Shown one piece after another: positions 1 to 12,486 of a stretch of 64,000 nt of DNA (position 1 is the first letter of the stretch; every line of letters starts with the position of its first letter). The notes under the pieces were generated by a model, which was not told where the DNA came from, made no database searches, and worked only from the letters and a program-made list of their open reading frames with translations. Source of the stretch: Massalongia carnosa (lineage: Eukaryota); assembly GCA_965645245.1 (NCBI GenBank), contig OZ287077.1, forward strand, positions 62,001-126,000. Reading direction: 5' to 3'. The translations under genes and the position numbers were made by a program.

Positions 1-3000
1 GAGCACCAGCTTATCGGTCCCCCGTTCAGCATAAAGATGAAACCGGATGTTGACTTCCGGCTGTCCTTGTCACCTGCCCAATCCGAGTCCGAATAGCCTT
101 CGATTTTCAGTTCTTCATCCCCCCCATAGGTTATGCCTCGATGTTTCGAGCCCTTGAGGTATTTGAGGATGGTTTTGACTGCTTCGGTGTGCTGATGGCT
201 CGGGTTCTTGGCAAAGCGACTTACGAGGGACGTGGCGAAGGCAATATCTGGTCTGGTCTCTACCATGGAGAACATTATGGACCCCGTCATTCCTTGGTAT
301 CTCTCCTTCTCTGGTGGTGAGGCTTCTCCTTCCTCGCGTTGGGAGAGTGGCACAGATTCTTTCATCGGGGTGTTGACGGGGTTGGCTTTGTCGAGATGGA
401 ATCTCTCCAACACTTTTTCGATGTAGGCCGGTTGAGACAGTTTGATGGTTCGTTGCTTTCGATCCCGATCTATTCTCAGTCCTAGGTAAAAGCTGATGGG
501 ACCCATATCTGACATAGAGAATGCAGCTGTGAGTTCTGCTTTGACTCGCTTGATTATCCCACTGTCCTTTGGCGCCATAATCTTGATGTCATCTACGAAG
601 ACGCTGAGTACGGGACCTTTCAGCCCTGCACCCGATACGAATATACTGTGGTCTGCGTGGATGCGTTTCAAGCCTACTTTCTCGAGGAGGAAGGCTGAAA
701 AGCGTTCGTACCAGAGGCGAGGAGATTGTTTGAGGCCGTAGATAGCTTTCAACAGTTTGCAAACCATATTCTTTGTGGCTTCTGTCTCAGTTCCCTTTGG
801 AATCTCCATATATATCAGTTGATCAATGAGGCCATAGAGAAAAGCCGTTTTTACGTCCATCTGATCGATGTCCAGGTCGAAGAAGGCGGCAAGGGCGAAC
901 AGGGTTCTGAAGGCCATTGGCTTCACCACGGATGCGTAGGTTTGATCGAAATCAACACCAAACTGTTGTAGGTACCCTTTGATAACCCATCTGGCTTTGA
1001 ATCTAGATACCTTGCCTTCGACATCACGCTTGACCTTGTACACCCACTTCCCCCCCAGAGGTCGATGACCTGACTCCATCTCGTTCTTTGGTATGAGAAC
1101 CCAGGTCTTGTTTTCGTGTAGAGAGTCTATTTCTTCTTTCATTGCCTGTGCCCACTGCGAGGCGTGGGGGCATTGCATTGCCCTGTTGTATGACTCAGGT
1201 TCTTCGACATCTAATTGGGTGGCAAGGACGTAGTCTCCTTTACTTTGGGCGTTGGCCTGAATGAGCCTCGAAGTCAAGATTGTGTATGGGTCGTCGTCTG
1301 CGTCATGGCCGTCCTCCTCGCATTCGATGTTTGTCAGGAACGCGTTTGCTTTTTCCTCCGAGCTGTGTTCCCAGTCAAGGTCTAGCAGCTTGCTGAGATG
1401 TACTATCAGATCTTGATCTTGAGCCTTTTGTGTAGGCCTTATCGTTCGGCCAGACCGAGACTTCCTTGTCTCCGTAGTTTCATTTGACGCTCCAGTAGTT
1501 TCATCTCTAGTAGTGACCTTTCGGCCCTTCCTAGGGGTTACTGTACTGGGAGTTGACTCGCTGGCACCTGTTGCATTGTTGGACTTTCGGCCTACATCCA
1601 ACATCTGTGTGTCGCTCGTCGCCTCGTCATCGTCATCGGAGAGTAAGAAACCTGAGAAGGTGGGAGTGTTTTTGTATTCAGGAAGCTCGGTGGACGTCTT
1701 GGCCTCGTAGTCTTCAAAGATTCTGAGATCTTTGATGCGAATGACTTTGTTCTGTTCTCGGATGTGGACTCTGTAGATTGTATGACCATCGTATCCAACA
1801 AGAATACCGCGTAAGGCTCGTGGGTTCCACTTCTCAGACTTTAAGGCTCGTTCCTCTTCGTGTAGGAGAACGTACACTGTCGAGCCTAACACTCGGAGGT
1901 GTTGGATATCTGGGTGGATTTTCTGCTGTGCATGGTAGGGGTTGTCTCCACCTAAAGCCTTCGTGGGACGAACATTTTTGACGTACGTCATCGCAAGAAC
2001 AATTTCAGGCCACAGCTCGTCATCAAGGCTTCCCTCTAGGATTGTCGCTCTTGTCATATCCATGATGGTTCTTCCCATTCGTTCTGACACGCCGTTTTGT
2101 TCCTGAGAGTACGGTGCTGAGGGTTCAAAAGTGATGCCCTTCTTCGCAAACCATTCCTCTACCCTTTTGCTCTGCAGTTCTGATCCATAATCTGAACGTA
2201 GGCGTTCGACTGGTCTCTCCTTGTGTGACCTGGTTTTGCAGAGGTTGTAGAAGGTCTTAAGACATTTGAACCAATCGCTTTTCCGGGCACCAGTGTGCAC
2301 TTCGGTATATCGCGTGAAGTCATCCGTAAATGTGAAGAAGTATCTCTCCCCTCCAAAACCAACAGGGTTGATGGGACCTACTAGGTCTGTGTGTATAAAC
2401 TGGTACGACTCGCTTGCTCGTTTCTGAGGCTCGTGGCGGTTGTAGATTTTTGTGGCTTTCGCACGTTGGCAGCTGTCACACACGTACTTTTCTGAGTCGT
2501 CCAAGTAGTCGATCTCCAGTTTGTGGAGATGTTGCTTCAGTGAGGGGAAGTTGAGGTGGCCGAGTCGTTTGTGCCAGGTGGTGAGAGGTAGTTTTGATGA
2601 GGTGGTGGTCCTGTAGGCGTGTGGTGGCCACTCGTACGTGTTGGCGTCGATCTGCTTTAGATGAGTTGCAGAGACAGAGAGGTTGAGAGGGTGAAGAAGG
2701 AAGCTGGTCCTCCACCTTTCGGCGTAAGCCAGGGTTTCCTTTGTTCTTCTATCATAGAGTGTCTCGTTCTCATTATCATAGAAAATTCCATGAATGTTAA
2801 GAAGGCCGAGGCTGACAAGATTAGAAGGACTGTGGGGAAGGAAAAACACGTTGTTCAGGTTCAGGATCACTCCTTCGCGACCGTCTTTCAGGCTGAGGCG
2901 AAGGCGCACCTTTCCACGGCCTGGTGAAACCCCATCTGCAGTTGAGCCTCCGATCCGGGTAGGCTTTTCGTGGTACTCAGTCATCAAGCTTCGATCATTG

Positions 3001-3077
3001 CACACGTGCACGTCCGCCGCGCTGTCAACCAGCCAGGAAGCGTCTCTCGGCCCTTTGACCGCTAGCACCTTTGGTTG
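1..3077 (-). CDS. pol: Copia pol (protease-integrase-RT-RNaseH), open frame continuing off the window
   Basis: WLVDSAADVHVC protease, WHKRLGH and C..C zinc site, EQNGVSER integrase, GYSDSDWAGD..RKSTSG RNaseH. Same frame as gag; the ORF track lists no stop-terminated ORF in this frame. Confidence 0.9.
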
Positions 3078-4034
3078 TCAACTTTCGCGGGACGGGGTCT
3101 CGGAAGGGCTCTCTGTCTGGCTTTGGAGGTTTTGCCTAGAGCCTTTTGTTCTCATCTGATGCAGCGAGTGTTTTGGCCGAAGTTCGGGGTATCTCAGGAA
3201 ACAACGGTCTGTGTAGTGCTGTGTATTTCCCTTCTTGATGCAATCTGAGTTTGTGCAGGTCCCCGGGGGTGCTCGATTACTAGGCTTTGGTGGTTTGGAG
3301 GTGAAGAGTGCCGATTGTTTGGGTGTGCCGGATTGTCCTGGAGTTTGGTCGTTCTCTTTCCTGATTTCTGCAAACCGGATAAGCTTTTTAGTGCTCTCGG
3401 CGATGTTTGTGTTCCCCATTTTCCACTCTGTCTCCATCATAGAGACGATCCCCGAGTATTCGTTTCCCATCCCAGTGAGCAGTCCTGCCTGCAGGAGTAC
3501 CTCGGCTCCTTTTGCGGGGATCTCGGAATCTGTGGGAATGAGGCCGCACACAGTGTCGTAGGCCTCTTGGTATTTGCTGCAATATTCGTGAATGTCTGTG
3601 CAGTCCGATAGTCGTAATTTGGTGGTCTCCAGGATGAGTCGCGAGATGCTCATTGGAGAGATGTGCTGAAATTTCGTTTGTAGGGTTTCCCACATTTCCT
3701 TGGCTTCTTTGCCCTCGATAGCTGCTTGGTGTTTGGAGGCTACGGAGTTTTTGATGATGCCCTCCGCTTTGCTCAGGGAGGCTCGGTGCTCTTTAATTTC
3801 GGTGGAGAGGGCAGTCCAGAGTGCTTGGGCCGTCATTTCGGTGGGTTTGAAGCCCATGGCTATGATGTCCGATCTGACGGACTCCTTCGTTGGCTCTGGC
3901 TTTCCGGTGACTGCCCAGGCGCAGTTCTTCTGCTTGAGCTCTCCCAGAATGTAGGATCGCCATAATGTATAGTTCTCGGAGCCTTGGAGAATGATGCGGG
4001 GAGCCTTCTCCTGCTCTTCTCGTCGGTCTGACAT
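3078..4034 (-). CDS. gag: Copia gag
   Basis: MSDRREEQEK... with LQGSENYTLWR and KEMWETLQTKF gag motifs and a C-x4-C...H-x4-C knuckle; ends in TGA at 3078-3080. Confidence 0.88.
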   Translation of the reverse strand: MSDRREEQEKAPRIILQGSENYTLWRSYILGELKQKNCAWAVTGKPEPTKESVRSDIIAMGFKPTEMTAQALWTALSTEIKEHRASLSKAEGIIKNSVASKHQAAIEGKEAKEMWETLQTKFQHISPMSISRLILETTKLRLSDCTDIHEYCSKYQEAYDTVCGLIPTDSEIPAKGAEVLLQAGLLTGMGNEYSGIVSMMETEWKMGNTNIAESTKKLIRFAEIRKENDQTPGQSGTPKQSALFTSKPPKPSNRAPPGTCTNSDCIKKGNTQHYTDRCFLRYPELRPKHSLHQMRTKGSRQNLQSQTESPSETPSRES

Positions 4035-4114
4035 TTTGTGGTTTTTTGGGCGAAGAGTTCTCAACGCCTTTGGGTTGTAGGAAGGTGGGTTGCCTTGTAG
4101 CTGTTGTGGTATGC

Positions 4115-4385
4115 GAGCGTCTTCGCTTCGTAACCTTTGGTATATGAGCAAGTTCTCCGCCTCGTAGCCTTCGGTATGTGAGCGTTCTGCTTCGTATGAG
4201 CGTCTTCGCCTCGTAGCCGTCTGGTATGTGAGCGTCTTCGCTTCGTAACCTTTGGTATATGAGCAAGTTCTCCGCCTCGTAGCCTTCGGTATGTGAGCGT
4301 TCTGCTTCGTATGAGCGTCTTCGCCTCGTAGCCGTCTGGTATGTGAGCGTTTGCCTCGTAGCCTTTGGTATATGAGCGTTCTACT
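4115..4385. repeat. ~115-bp tandem repeat (about 2.3 copies, built from shorter subunits) in the Copia A leader
   Basis: gagcgtcttcgcttcgtaacctttggtatatgagcaag... recurs at 4115 and 4230. Confidence 0.85.
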
Positions 4386-4648
4386 TCGTATCCTTTCAGT
4401 ACGTGGGCGTAGCACTCTTCCTATCTATTGTGGTAGGTGGTCAGGCGCATTGGCTTGATTCCACACCGCCATTTCAGAATTGGCTCCTTTTGGTAGCCAA
4501 GTGGTCTTAACCCTCCCGCCTCACACCATTCCTCCTTTTCGGGTAGGAAGTTCTTCGTTCTAGGTGCTTTGCTCTGGGGGGTGTGGGGTATTTGTGGCCT
4601 GTCGCTAGCGAAGATTAATGAGCTTATGCGCTGGCCGGGCTCATAACC

Positions 4649-4811
4649 TGTAGAAGTATGAGGTTATTCATTGTTGTTATATTAATGATTCTATGACTCT
4701 ACTTCTAAGGTCTGAAATCCTCCTAGTCCAGGATGCGTGCCGCATACCGGAATAGGTCTACTGTTACACGTGACCATAATAATGTCTAGCGCCATAGGTT
4801 GGTATCCAACA
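4649..4811 (-). repeat. 5' LTR of Copia A (163 bp)
   Basis: Abuts the PBS; TG/CA ends; Gypsy integrase homology resumes at 4812. Confidence 0.85.
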
Positions 4812-5620
4812 CTTATTGGCGAATTCGTCAGCACTAAGTACCTGTGCATTAGGCGACTCGCGCTGAATGGGTTCAAAACCGAGACGAGGATGAAATCCAT
4901 AATTGGCAAGGAACGGACTAACTGATGTAGTCTCGGAGTCTGCATTATTGCTTGCGAATTCGGCCATAGGCAGCCAGTCGGTCCAGTCGTCCTGTTGATA
5001 TGACACATAACTCCTCAGATATTGTTCCATAACTGAGTTGTACCGTTCTGTTTGTCCGTCCGTTTCAGGATGAAAGGATGTAGATAGACGACTATCGATC
5101 TTTAGTCGTTCGCATAATGCTTTCCAGAAATCGGCTACGAATTGTCCTCCTCGGTCCGACACAATGGAGTCAGGTAGGCCATGAGGTTTCCAAACGTTTT
5201 CGACATATAACTTTGCCAAAGTCCTTGCATCAGTGGTTTCTTTACAAGATATAAAGTGTTTCATCTTGGTGAGTCGGCAAACAACACTTAGCACAGTGTC
5301 TTTGTTGTCGCTTTCGGGTAAACCAGAAATGAAGTCCATGGATATATCTTTCCAACGTTGTTCCGGTATCGATAGTGGCTTGAGGACTCCATACTTGGCA
5401 TGATGGGAGGGCTTGCTTCGGGAACATACATGACAGTATTGAACATAGCGAGCGACGAACTGATGATATCTTGACAAGTAATAGTCTCGCGCTAACAGAC
5501 TGAAGGTTTTAGATCTACCTGGATGACCTGCAACTGGACTGTCGTGGTAATTCTTGCATAATTTCATCTTCAATTCATGCCAGTCGGGAACGTACAGTCG
5601 CTCTTTGTAGTATAGTCTTC
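4812..5620 (-). pseudogene. Ty3/Gypsy integrase fragment
   Basis: [14 protein letters not shown] zinc finger, [22 protein letters not shown] catalytic motifs; cut by Copia A and Copia B. Confidence 0.95.
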
Positions 5621-8600
5621 TGTCAGCCAGTTTAGTGGTCAAGCAGTAAGCGATATGTAGCTCGGATACGGTAATCTATTAACCGAATCCCAACATGAGA
5701 GAATGGGTGCAAAATCCTTTCAAGGCAAGCAATCATCACCACAATTCCAAGTGTCAATTTCAAGTGTCTATCTAAAACGTAAATCATTCTCCAATCACCA
5801 AGAGCTTAGATCAATAAATCAAGCTCAATAGTTATGAGCCCGGAAGCACATCCATCGTTTTAGAAGAAAGTACCAACCTGCATTTTGCAACTTGCATCTT
5901 ACCTTGTAAGTTTACATCATCTTGCATCAAATAACCATCAAGTCATCAAATCAAAAATCAACATGAGTACCACGCGAAAGATAGTCCTAGGCAAGCCAGC
6001 CGATTGGGACACCTGGTTTTCCTTCGTCCGATCACGGGCCACAAACAGCGGAATTTGGGACCTAGTGAATCCAGAAATCATTACCAAGCCAATAAGCATC
6101 CAATCGCCAACGGAACCGGTGTTCATCTTATCAACAGACGCCGCAACTTTTGACCCAAGAGCCTACGAAGTATACAAGGCACAAACCCACATCTACAAAA
6201 TTCAGCTGGCCAAGTACGAAAAGCAGCAAAAGGCATTTGCCGACCTTATTACCTTCATTCAAGATACCATCACAGTCCAAAATGCCACCTACATTCAGAA
6301 AGAAGAGCCTCACCCATGGAACCAGCTTCGAGCACTGAAAACCCGCTTAGCACCGAGCGACTCAGCACGCTGCATAGAGATCGAGAACAAATATCACAGG
6401 TTATGCAAGGGATCAGGCAAGCAGGATATAGAAACGTGGTTAGAAGAATGGCAAACAGTCTACACCGATGGCAAGGCATATGGAGTTGGTGAAATGATGG
6501 GAACACGGCCTATTCGTGATTTTATAATGGCCGTTCTTCCCACCGAACCTTCATTTGCCAACGCTCATCTGATTACTTTGGACAGCAAGGAAGAGAAAGA
6601 TTTCCACCCGCTAATTGAGAGCTTTCGTAAATATGTTCGCCTGCATCAAACGCAAAAAAATAAGAATAACAACACGCATTCAGCTTTTGCAACCGAGCAA
6701 AAGAAGGAAGGACAGGGAGCGACATTTAATGGGCAAAAAACGCCTCCCAAATGTCTTTGTGGGTCCGTTCATTGGTACAATGACTGCTACTATCTAGTAC
6801 CAGAGAAGCGGCCCTCAAATTGGACTTCCAGACCCCAAATTCAAACACAGATTGATGAAGCAATGAAAGACCAGCAGTTGAAAGCTAAGGTGGAAAAATC
6901 CCTTCAGCGATCAAAGGAAATACAACAATCAAAAGCCACTAAAACCACAACACCAACACCAACAATACTGAGAAGGAGTTAGGCGCTTTTACATTTACTA
7001 AAACATCGTCATCATTCTCGGCAGATAGCTACACAATCAAGAGCTCATGGATATTGGATAACGGGTCTAATATCCATGTGTGCAACAACACCATGAAATC
7101 GCGCTACACACAGGAAAGGAAATCAATGGGAGAGTATCTAACTGCGGGCACCCAACGCCTAGCAATAGAAAGCTATGGTACGGTCAAAATCACCGTATCA
7201 ACTCCTACCGGACTTTAAAGCATCACACTTCTAAATGTAGCCTATGTATCCAACTTCATGACCAACCTAGTTTCTCAGGACTTGCTCTATGTGAAAGGCC
7301 TTTACTTTGATAATTGGAAGAATCACCTCCATCGGAAAGGGAAAACGGTTGCTTATGTAAAGCGTTATAACGGCCACTATTTGCTAGAGGACAACACATC
7401 ATCAGATCAAGCATCAGTTTTCCTAGTGCAACAGAAACCAAAGATAGCTACCAATAAAACCGCAACAGCATACGAATGGCATCAGATGCTAGCCCATGCC
7501 TCGGATGAATCTATTCAACATCTCGAGTCGTCTGCTGGGGGAGTCAAAATATCAGAAGAATCAGAAGGAAAAGTCCCCAAAACCAACGAGTGCGAACCTT
7601 GCGCTTTATCCAAAGCACATCGCATTGTTTCTCGTTCATCAGAAAATGCAGAAACATCAAATGAGCCCTTTTATCGCATCACTTATGATTTAATGCAGCT
7701 CAACACCGCGATGAATAAAGATGAATAGGTTTCACACTTTGCATGCCATGCGACCGATTTCAATATGGTATTTACCCACCCACGCAAAGGGGATGCATCG
7801 AAAATATGCAAGGAGGCAATCAATCTTATTGAGACTCGCTTCAAGGCTAAGGTAGTGTTTATTCGGTCAGATGGAGAACGGTCATTGGGCAATAATTTCA
7901 ACGACTTGCTTGTTGAAAAGGGCATCACCTATGAATCATCAACACCCGACACACCGGAGCAAAACGGCCACTCTGAGAGAAAAGGGGGAATTTTAGCCAT
8001 GAAAGCAAGGGCAATGAGAATTGACGCGGGACTACCAATTTTCCTATGGCCGGAGATCGTGCGCACCGCAGGATATATAGCTAATCGCACACCAATGAAG
8101 AAGCACCAATGGAAAACACCTTATGAGCTAGTCATAGGAAACCCGCCCGATCTCAGCCATCTCCACCACTATGGATGCAAAGCGTACACACTAAACAAGC
8201 AGATACCAAAGAAGCAAAAACTTCAAGAACGAGCACATATCGGTCATCTAGTAGGGTATGAAGCCAGAAATATCTTTCGAGTATGGATACCAAGTCAAAG
8301 AAAAGTAATTCGTACGAGGGATGTGATGTTTAATGAGAACACCTACTATGATGCACACGATATTGACCTACTACAAGCTGTCAACGAACCTATGCTTGAA
8401 ATTACCTATGAGCTTCATGATCTGGATCCCATCACCCTTATCACCGAAATAGGATCGGATGATGAAGAGGAGGAAAGTGGAATCGGCATGAGGGAAAACA
8501 TACAAGGCATGGAAGAAAATATGGAGGAAATAATTCTGGACAAAAATTCTGGATACGGAAATGCTGCCGAAATTTCATCAGACGACACTTACCTATTAAC

Positions 8601-10788
8601 ACCGAGCCCCTCCATTACCAGCTCATCAAGCCCAAACCCATCAATTCATGGTTCAAATCCATCAGAATCAATCACCGCAAAGAGTAACAAGTCTAGAAAA
8701 GCATCAAGGGATATCAATTCAAGTCTCGATACGGATAATATCTTACCTGAGGGGATGGGAAGAAGTCGCAATCGCAATAGACGCTATGAAGCCTATTCAA
8801 CCGCCTTAGCACAAGCCAAGAATGGCGAGTTGAATTCATATCACGCTGCATTCTCGGCCAATATCATGGCAGGTTTCTACTACATTTCCAATCAAGAGCC
8901 TAAAAAGGACTATACCCCGACTCAAAGCACTCGCTTTCATAGAGATAGCTTACCTATTGAACCTGAGAACTATCGTCAAATGCTAAAGCATCCGCATGCA
9001 GAGGGCTTCAAATTAGCCATGCAGATGGAAATTCAGGCGCTTGTTGCAAAGAACACCTGGACCGAGGTCAACATCAATGCAGCAACAATAGCAGGGAAAA
9101 CACCTATTCCAACCAGTGTTCAAGTACAAACTCGATGAAAAGGGGTATTTAGTCAAATACAAATCAAGACTATGTGCTAGGGGTGATCTTCAACGTACCG
9201 AGCAAGATACCTTTGCAGCTACATTGGCCGCACGGATTTTTAGAGCGCTAATGGCTATACTAGCCGCATTTGACCTTGAAACACGCCAATACGACGCAGT
9301 CAATGCATTTGCAAATAGTCCTATTGATGAACCTACCTATTGTAAATTGCCCGAAGGGTGGCCTGGATCAGAAAAAGTCAATATTCTACTACTCCTATTG
9401 CGAGCACTATACGGTCTCAAGCAATCACCGGCCCTATGGTATCAAAATCTATCAAAAGTCCTAATCGAGATGAATCTTGAACCCGTCCCGGGGGTGGACT
9501 GCCTTTTCATTAGTCAAGATACCCATATCTTGCTATTCTTCTTCGTGGATGATATCGTCATATTATATGATCGCCGCAACACCAATCAAGTGGATCAGTT
9601 TCAAGCTCTACTATTTCAGAAGTACGAAATGCGATACTTAGGTCAATTGGAATGGTTTCTAGGAATTCACATCATCAGGGATAGGAATATTCGTCAGCTA
9701 TGGCTTTGCCAAGATTCATTCATTGACAAGCTAATAGCCAAGTTCAACATCAACTTGGACCTAACCAAGCGTTCAACACAATCACCACTACCACTAGAAG
9801 AATTAACCAAAAATAATTCTATGGCAACAGCTCAAGAAATTCACTCCTATCAACAGCGGGTAGGATCATTGAATTTTGCCGCAGTCATCACTAGGCCCGA
9901 TGTGGCCCAAGCAGCTTCCAAATTATCGGAATTTCTTACCAACCCATCCAAACACCATATGGAATGCGTCAAACGTACCCTCAAATATCTAGCCCATACT
10001 AAGCATCTAGCAATTGTGTTCAACACACAGGCTACTTATTCACGAGAGATATTCTTGGCCAGTAGCGATGCATCCTTCGCAGATGATTCAAGCACTAGAT
10101 ATAGCTCTCAAGGCTATGCATTCAAACTATTCAATGGAATGATCGATTGGAAGGCCTCTAAGCAGCGCACAGTCACAACTAGCTCAACCGAGGCCGAATT
10201 TCTAGCCATATCAGCCGCAGGGAAAGAATTGATATGGTGGACTCGCTTTTTTCAATCAATAAATTTCCACCTCGATCATCCAACTAGTATTCAATGCGAT
10301 AACCGTCAAACCATTCGAGCCCTAACCACTAACCGCCTTATTACCAAGCTTAGGCATGTGGATATTCACAAGCATTGGCTCCGCCAGGAAATATCTAGGG
10401 GGAAAATCGGTATAGAATGGGTTTCAACAAATAACATTCTAGCTGATGGACTAACAAAGTCATTACCCCCCCAACGTCAAAAGCAATTCATCAGGCTATT
10501 AGGCCTCGGGTATGAGAAAGGAAATGATGAAGCTTCCACTGAAGGAGAAAATCTTCATCAAGGGGATGTGTCAGCCAGTTTAGTGGTCAAGCAGTAAGCG
10601 ATATGTAGCTCGGATACGGTAATCTATTAACCGAATCCCAACATTCTAGTAACTGAGAGAATGGGTGCAAAATCCTTTCAAGGCAAGCAATCATCACCTC
10701 AATTCCAAGTGTCACTTTCAAGTGTCTATCTAAAACGTAAATCATTCTCCAATCACCAAGAGCTTAGATCAATAAATCAAGCTCAATA
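5621..10788 (+). mobile_element. Full-length Ty1/Copia element B (degenerate), TG...TA LTRs, TSD TCTTC
   Basis: LTRs 5621-5830 and 10569-10788 (10-bp indel plus SNPs), TCTTC at 5616-5620 and 10789-10793, PBS 5831-5841. Removing it restores Gypsy [15 protein letters not shown]. Confidence 0.96.
5963..10597 (+). pseudogene. Copia B gag-pol with frameshifts (~6970, ~9115) and a stop (7726)
   Basis: CLCG..HWYNDC knuckle, WILDNGS protease, WHQMLAH, IRSDGE/EQNGHSER integrase, FFVDD RT, SDASFAD RNaseH. Confidence 0.92.
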
Positions 10789-12259
10789 TCTTCCATTTCT
10801 ATCTTCGCATTCGGCGAGGGTAATGTCTCTGCTGTGTCGAATTCCGTTTCTAAGAAGAGTCAGGACTTTGTTGGGTAAAGGATCATGTTCATATCCGAAG
10901 GTGATGAGTTCTTCTAGAGATTTTTCGTCATCAGGATCAGTTTCGGCAGTCACCTCAGGCTCGGGATGGGAAGTCTCGGTCACACGGGGCACATTGTTAG
11001 CATGTAGTTCAAAATTATGTGGTTTTAGTACCACCTGATTCTGATGTTCTAGTCTCATGTCCCCTTCCTTAGGAAGATCTCCTGATCTTCTAGTTAGTGC
11101 GTCCGGTTTAGCGCCCAACTTTCCTGGCCGATACATGATTTTGAAGTCGAAACGTGAGAGAAACTCTGACCATCGTGCCTGTCGTCTGCTCAATAGCTTG
11201 GTCGTGCTGAAATACTCTAAGTTTTTATGATCCGTGATTACCTTAATAGGATAGGCCGATCCTTGTAGTTCTGGCCTCCATTCCTCAAATGCCCGAATTA
11301 TTGCTAGGAGTTCTTTGTCATATATCTCATAATTGCACTCTGCTGGAGAAAGTCGTCGAGAGAAGAAAGCCACCGGTCGAAGGACTCCACTATCATCGAA
11401 TTGAGACAGAACTCCAGCACTGACATAGTCGGAAGAATCACACTCTACCACACTTTCTTTGTCAGGGTCGAAGTGTAGTAGCACTACATCACTAGTGAAC
11501 ATTGTCTTGAGTTTCTTGAAGGCCTCGTCACAGTCGACCGTCCAGGCAAATGGTATCTTTTTCTTCGATAGTGCTGTCAATGGTCCGGCTATTCGAGAGA
11601 ATCCTTTGACGAAGCGGCGATAAAAATTGGCGAATCCTATAAAGGCCTGTACATCCTTTAGATTTTCTGGCGTGTTCCAATTTTGAATAGTCTCAATCTT
11701 CTTCGGGTCCATTTTAATACCGTCATTCGATATTATCATACCTAGATAAATGGTTTCCGTGACGTGAAACTCACACTTTGATATGTCCAATAGCAGTCCC
11801 GCCTTTCTTAAGGCTTGCAGAACTTTCTTCACGTGATTCCTATGTTCGTTCAAAGAATTGCTGTAAATCAATATATCATCGATGTACTCGGTACAAAAAA
11901 TGTCAAGATATTCACGAAGTACATCATTAATGTACTCCTGAAAGGAGGATGGCGCTCCACAGAGCCCAAAAGGCATAACAAGATATTCATATAGTCCGTA
12001 GCGTGTTCGAAAGGCAGTTTTCCATTCCTCTCCGTAGGCCATACGAAGACGGTTGAAAGCCGCAACAATATCCAACTTAGTAAAGACGACTGCTTTACTC
12101 AAGCGATCCAAGGTTTCTCTGATCAGAGGTAGTGGGTATCTGTTCTTGATCGTTATAGCATTTAATGCTCTGTAATCAACACAAAAACGCAGACCTCCGC
12201 CTGGTTTTTTAACGAACAACACCGGGGACGCAGCAGGCGAAGAACTGGAACGAATAAAT
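10789..12259 (-). pseudogene. Ty3/Gypsy RT-RNaseH fragment (5' part missing)
   Basis: [44 protein letters not shown]; contiguous with 4812-5620 once Copia B is removed. Confidence 0.95.
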
Positions 12260-12360
12260 GAGATGGTTCTATGTCACGTGAGGCCCCTGAGTCAAAGTAA
12301 ATTAAGAATCACCCTCTGAAAATTCTTTCCTCATTCACTTCTTCTCACTCGGCCTCATCC

Positions 12361-12483
12361 ATCTCACTGACTCGTCGTCGACCCCACGTTGTCTCGGTGC
12401 CCCTACCTCGCTGTCAGTGCTTGCTGCTTTTCCAATCTCACTGACTCGTCGTCGACCTCACGTTGTCTCGGTGCCCCTACCTC
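12361..12483 (+). repeat. 49-bp direct repeat pair upstream of the YR-retroelement gag
   Basis: atctcactgactcgtcgtcgacc(c/t)cacgttgtctcggtgcccctacctc at 12361-12409 and 12435-12483. Confidence 0.9.
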
Positions 12484-12486
12484 CCA

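Larger units (their letters stand above)
1..4811 (-). mobile_element. Ty1/Copia LTR retrotransposon A (5' part; runs off window start), inserted in a Gypsy integrase
   Basis: LTR 4649-4811 (TG...CA), PBS GGTTATGAGCCC at 4637-4648 on the - strand, gag, then PR-IN-RT-RH order. Confidence 0.95.

Noticed and set aside
4035..4415. N-terminal extension of Copia A gag in the ORF track
   Set aside because: Translates the tandem-repeat leader from a non-ATG start; homology to Copia F gag begins near the ATG at 4034
4637..4648. tRNA-Met gene fragments
   Set aside because: Only 11-12-nt matches adjacent to LTRs; these are primer-binding sites, with no cloverleaf
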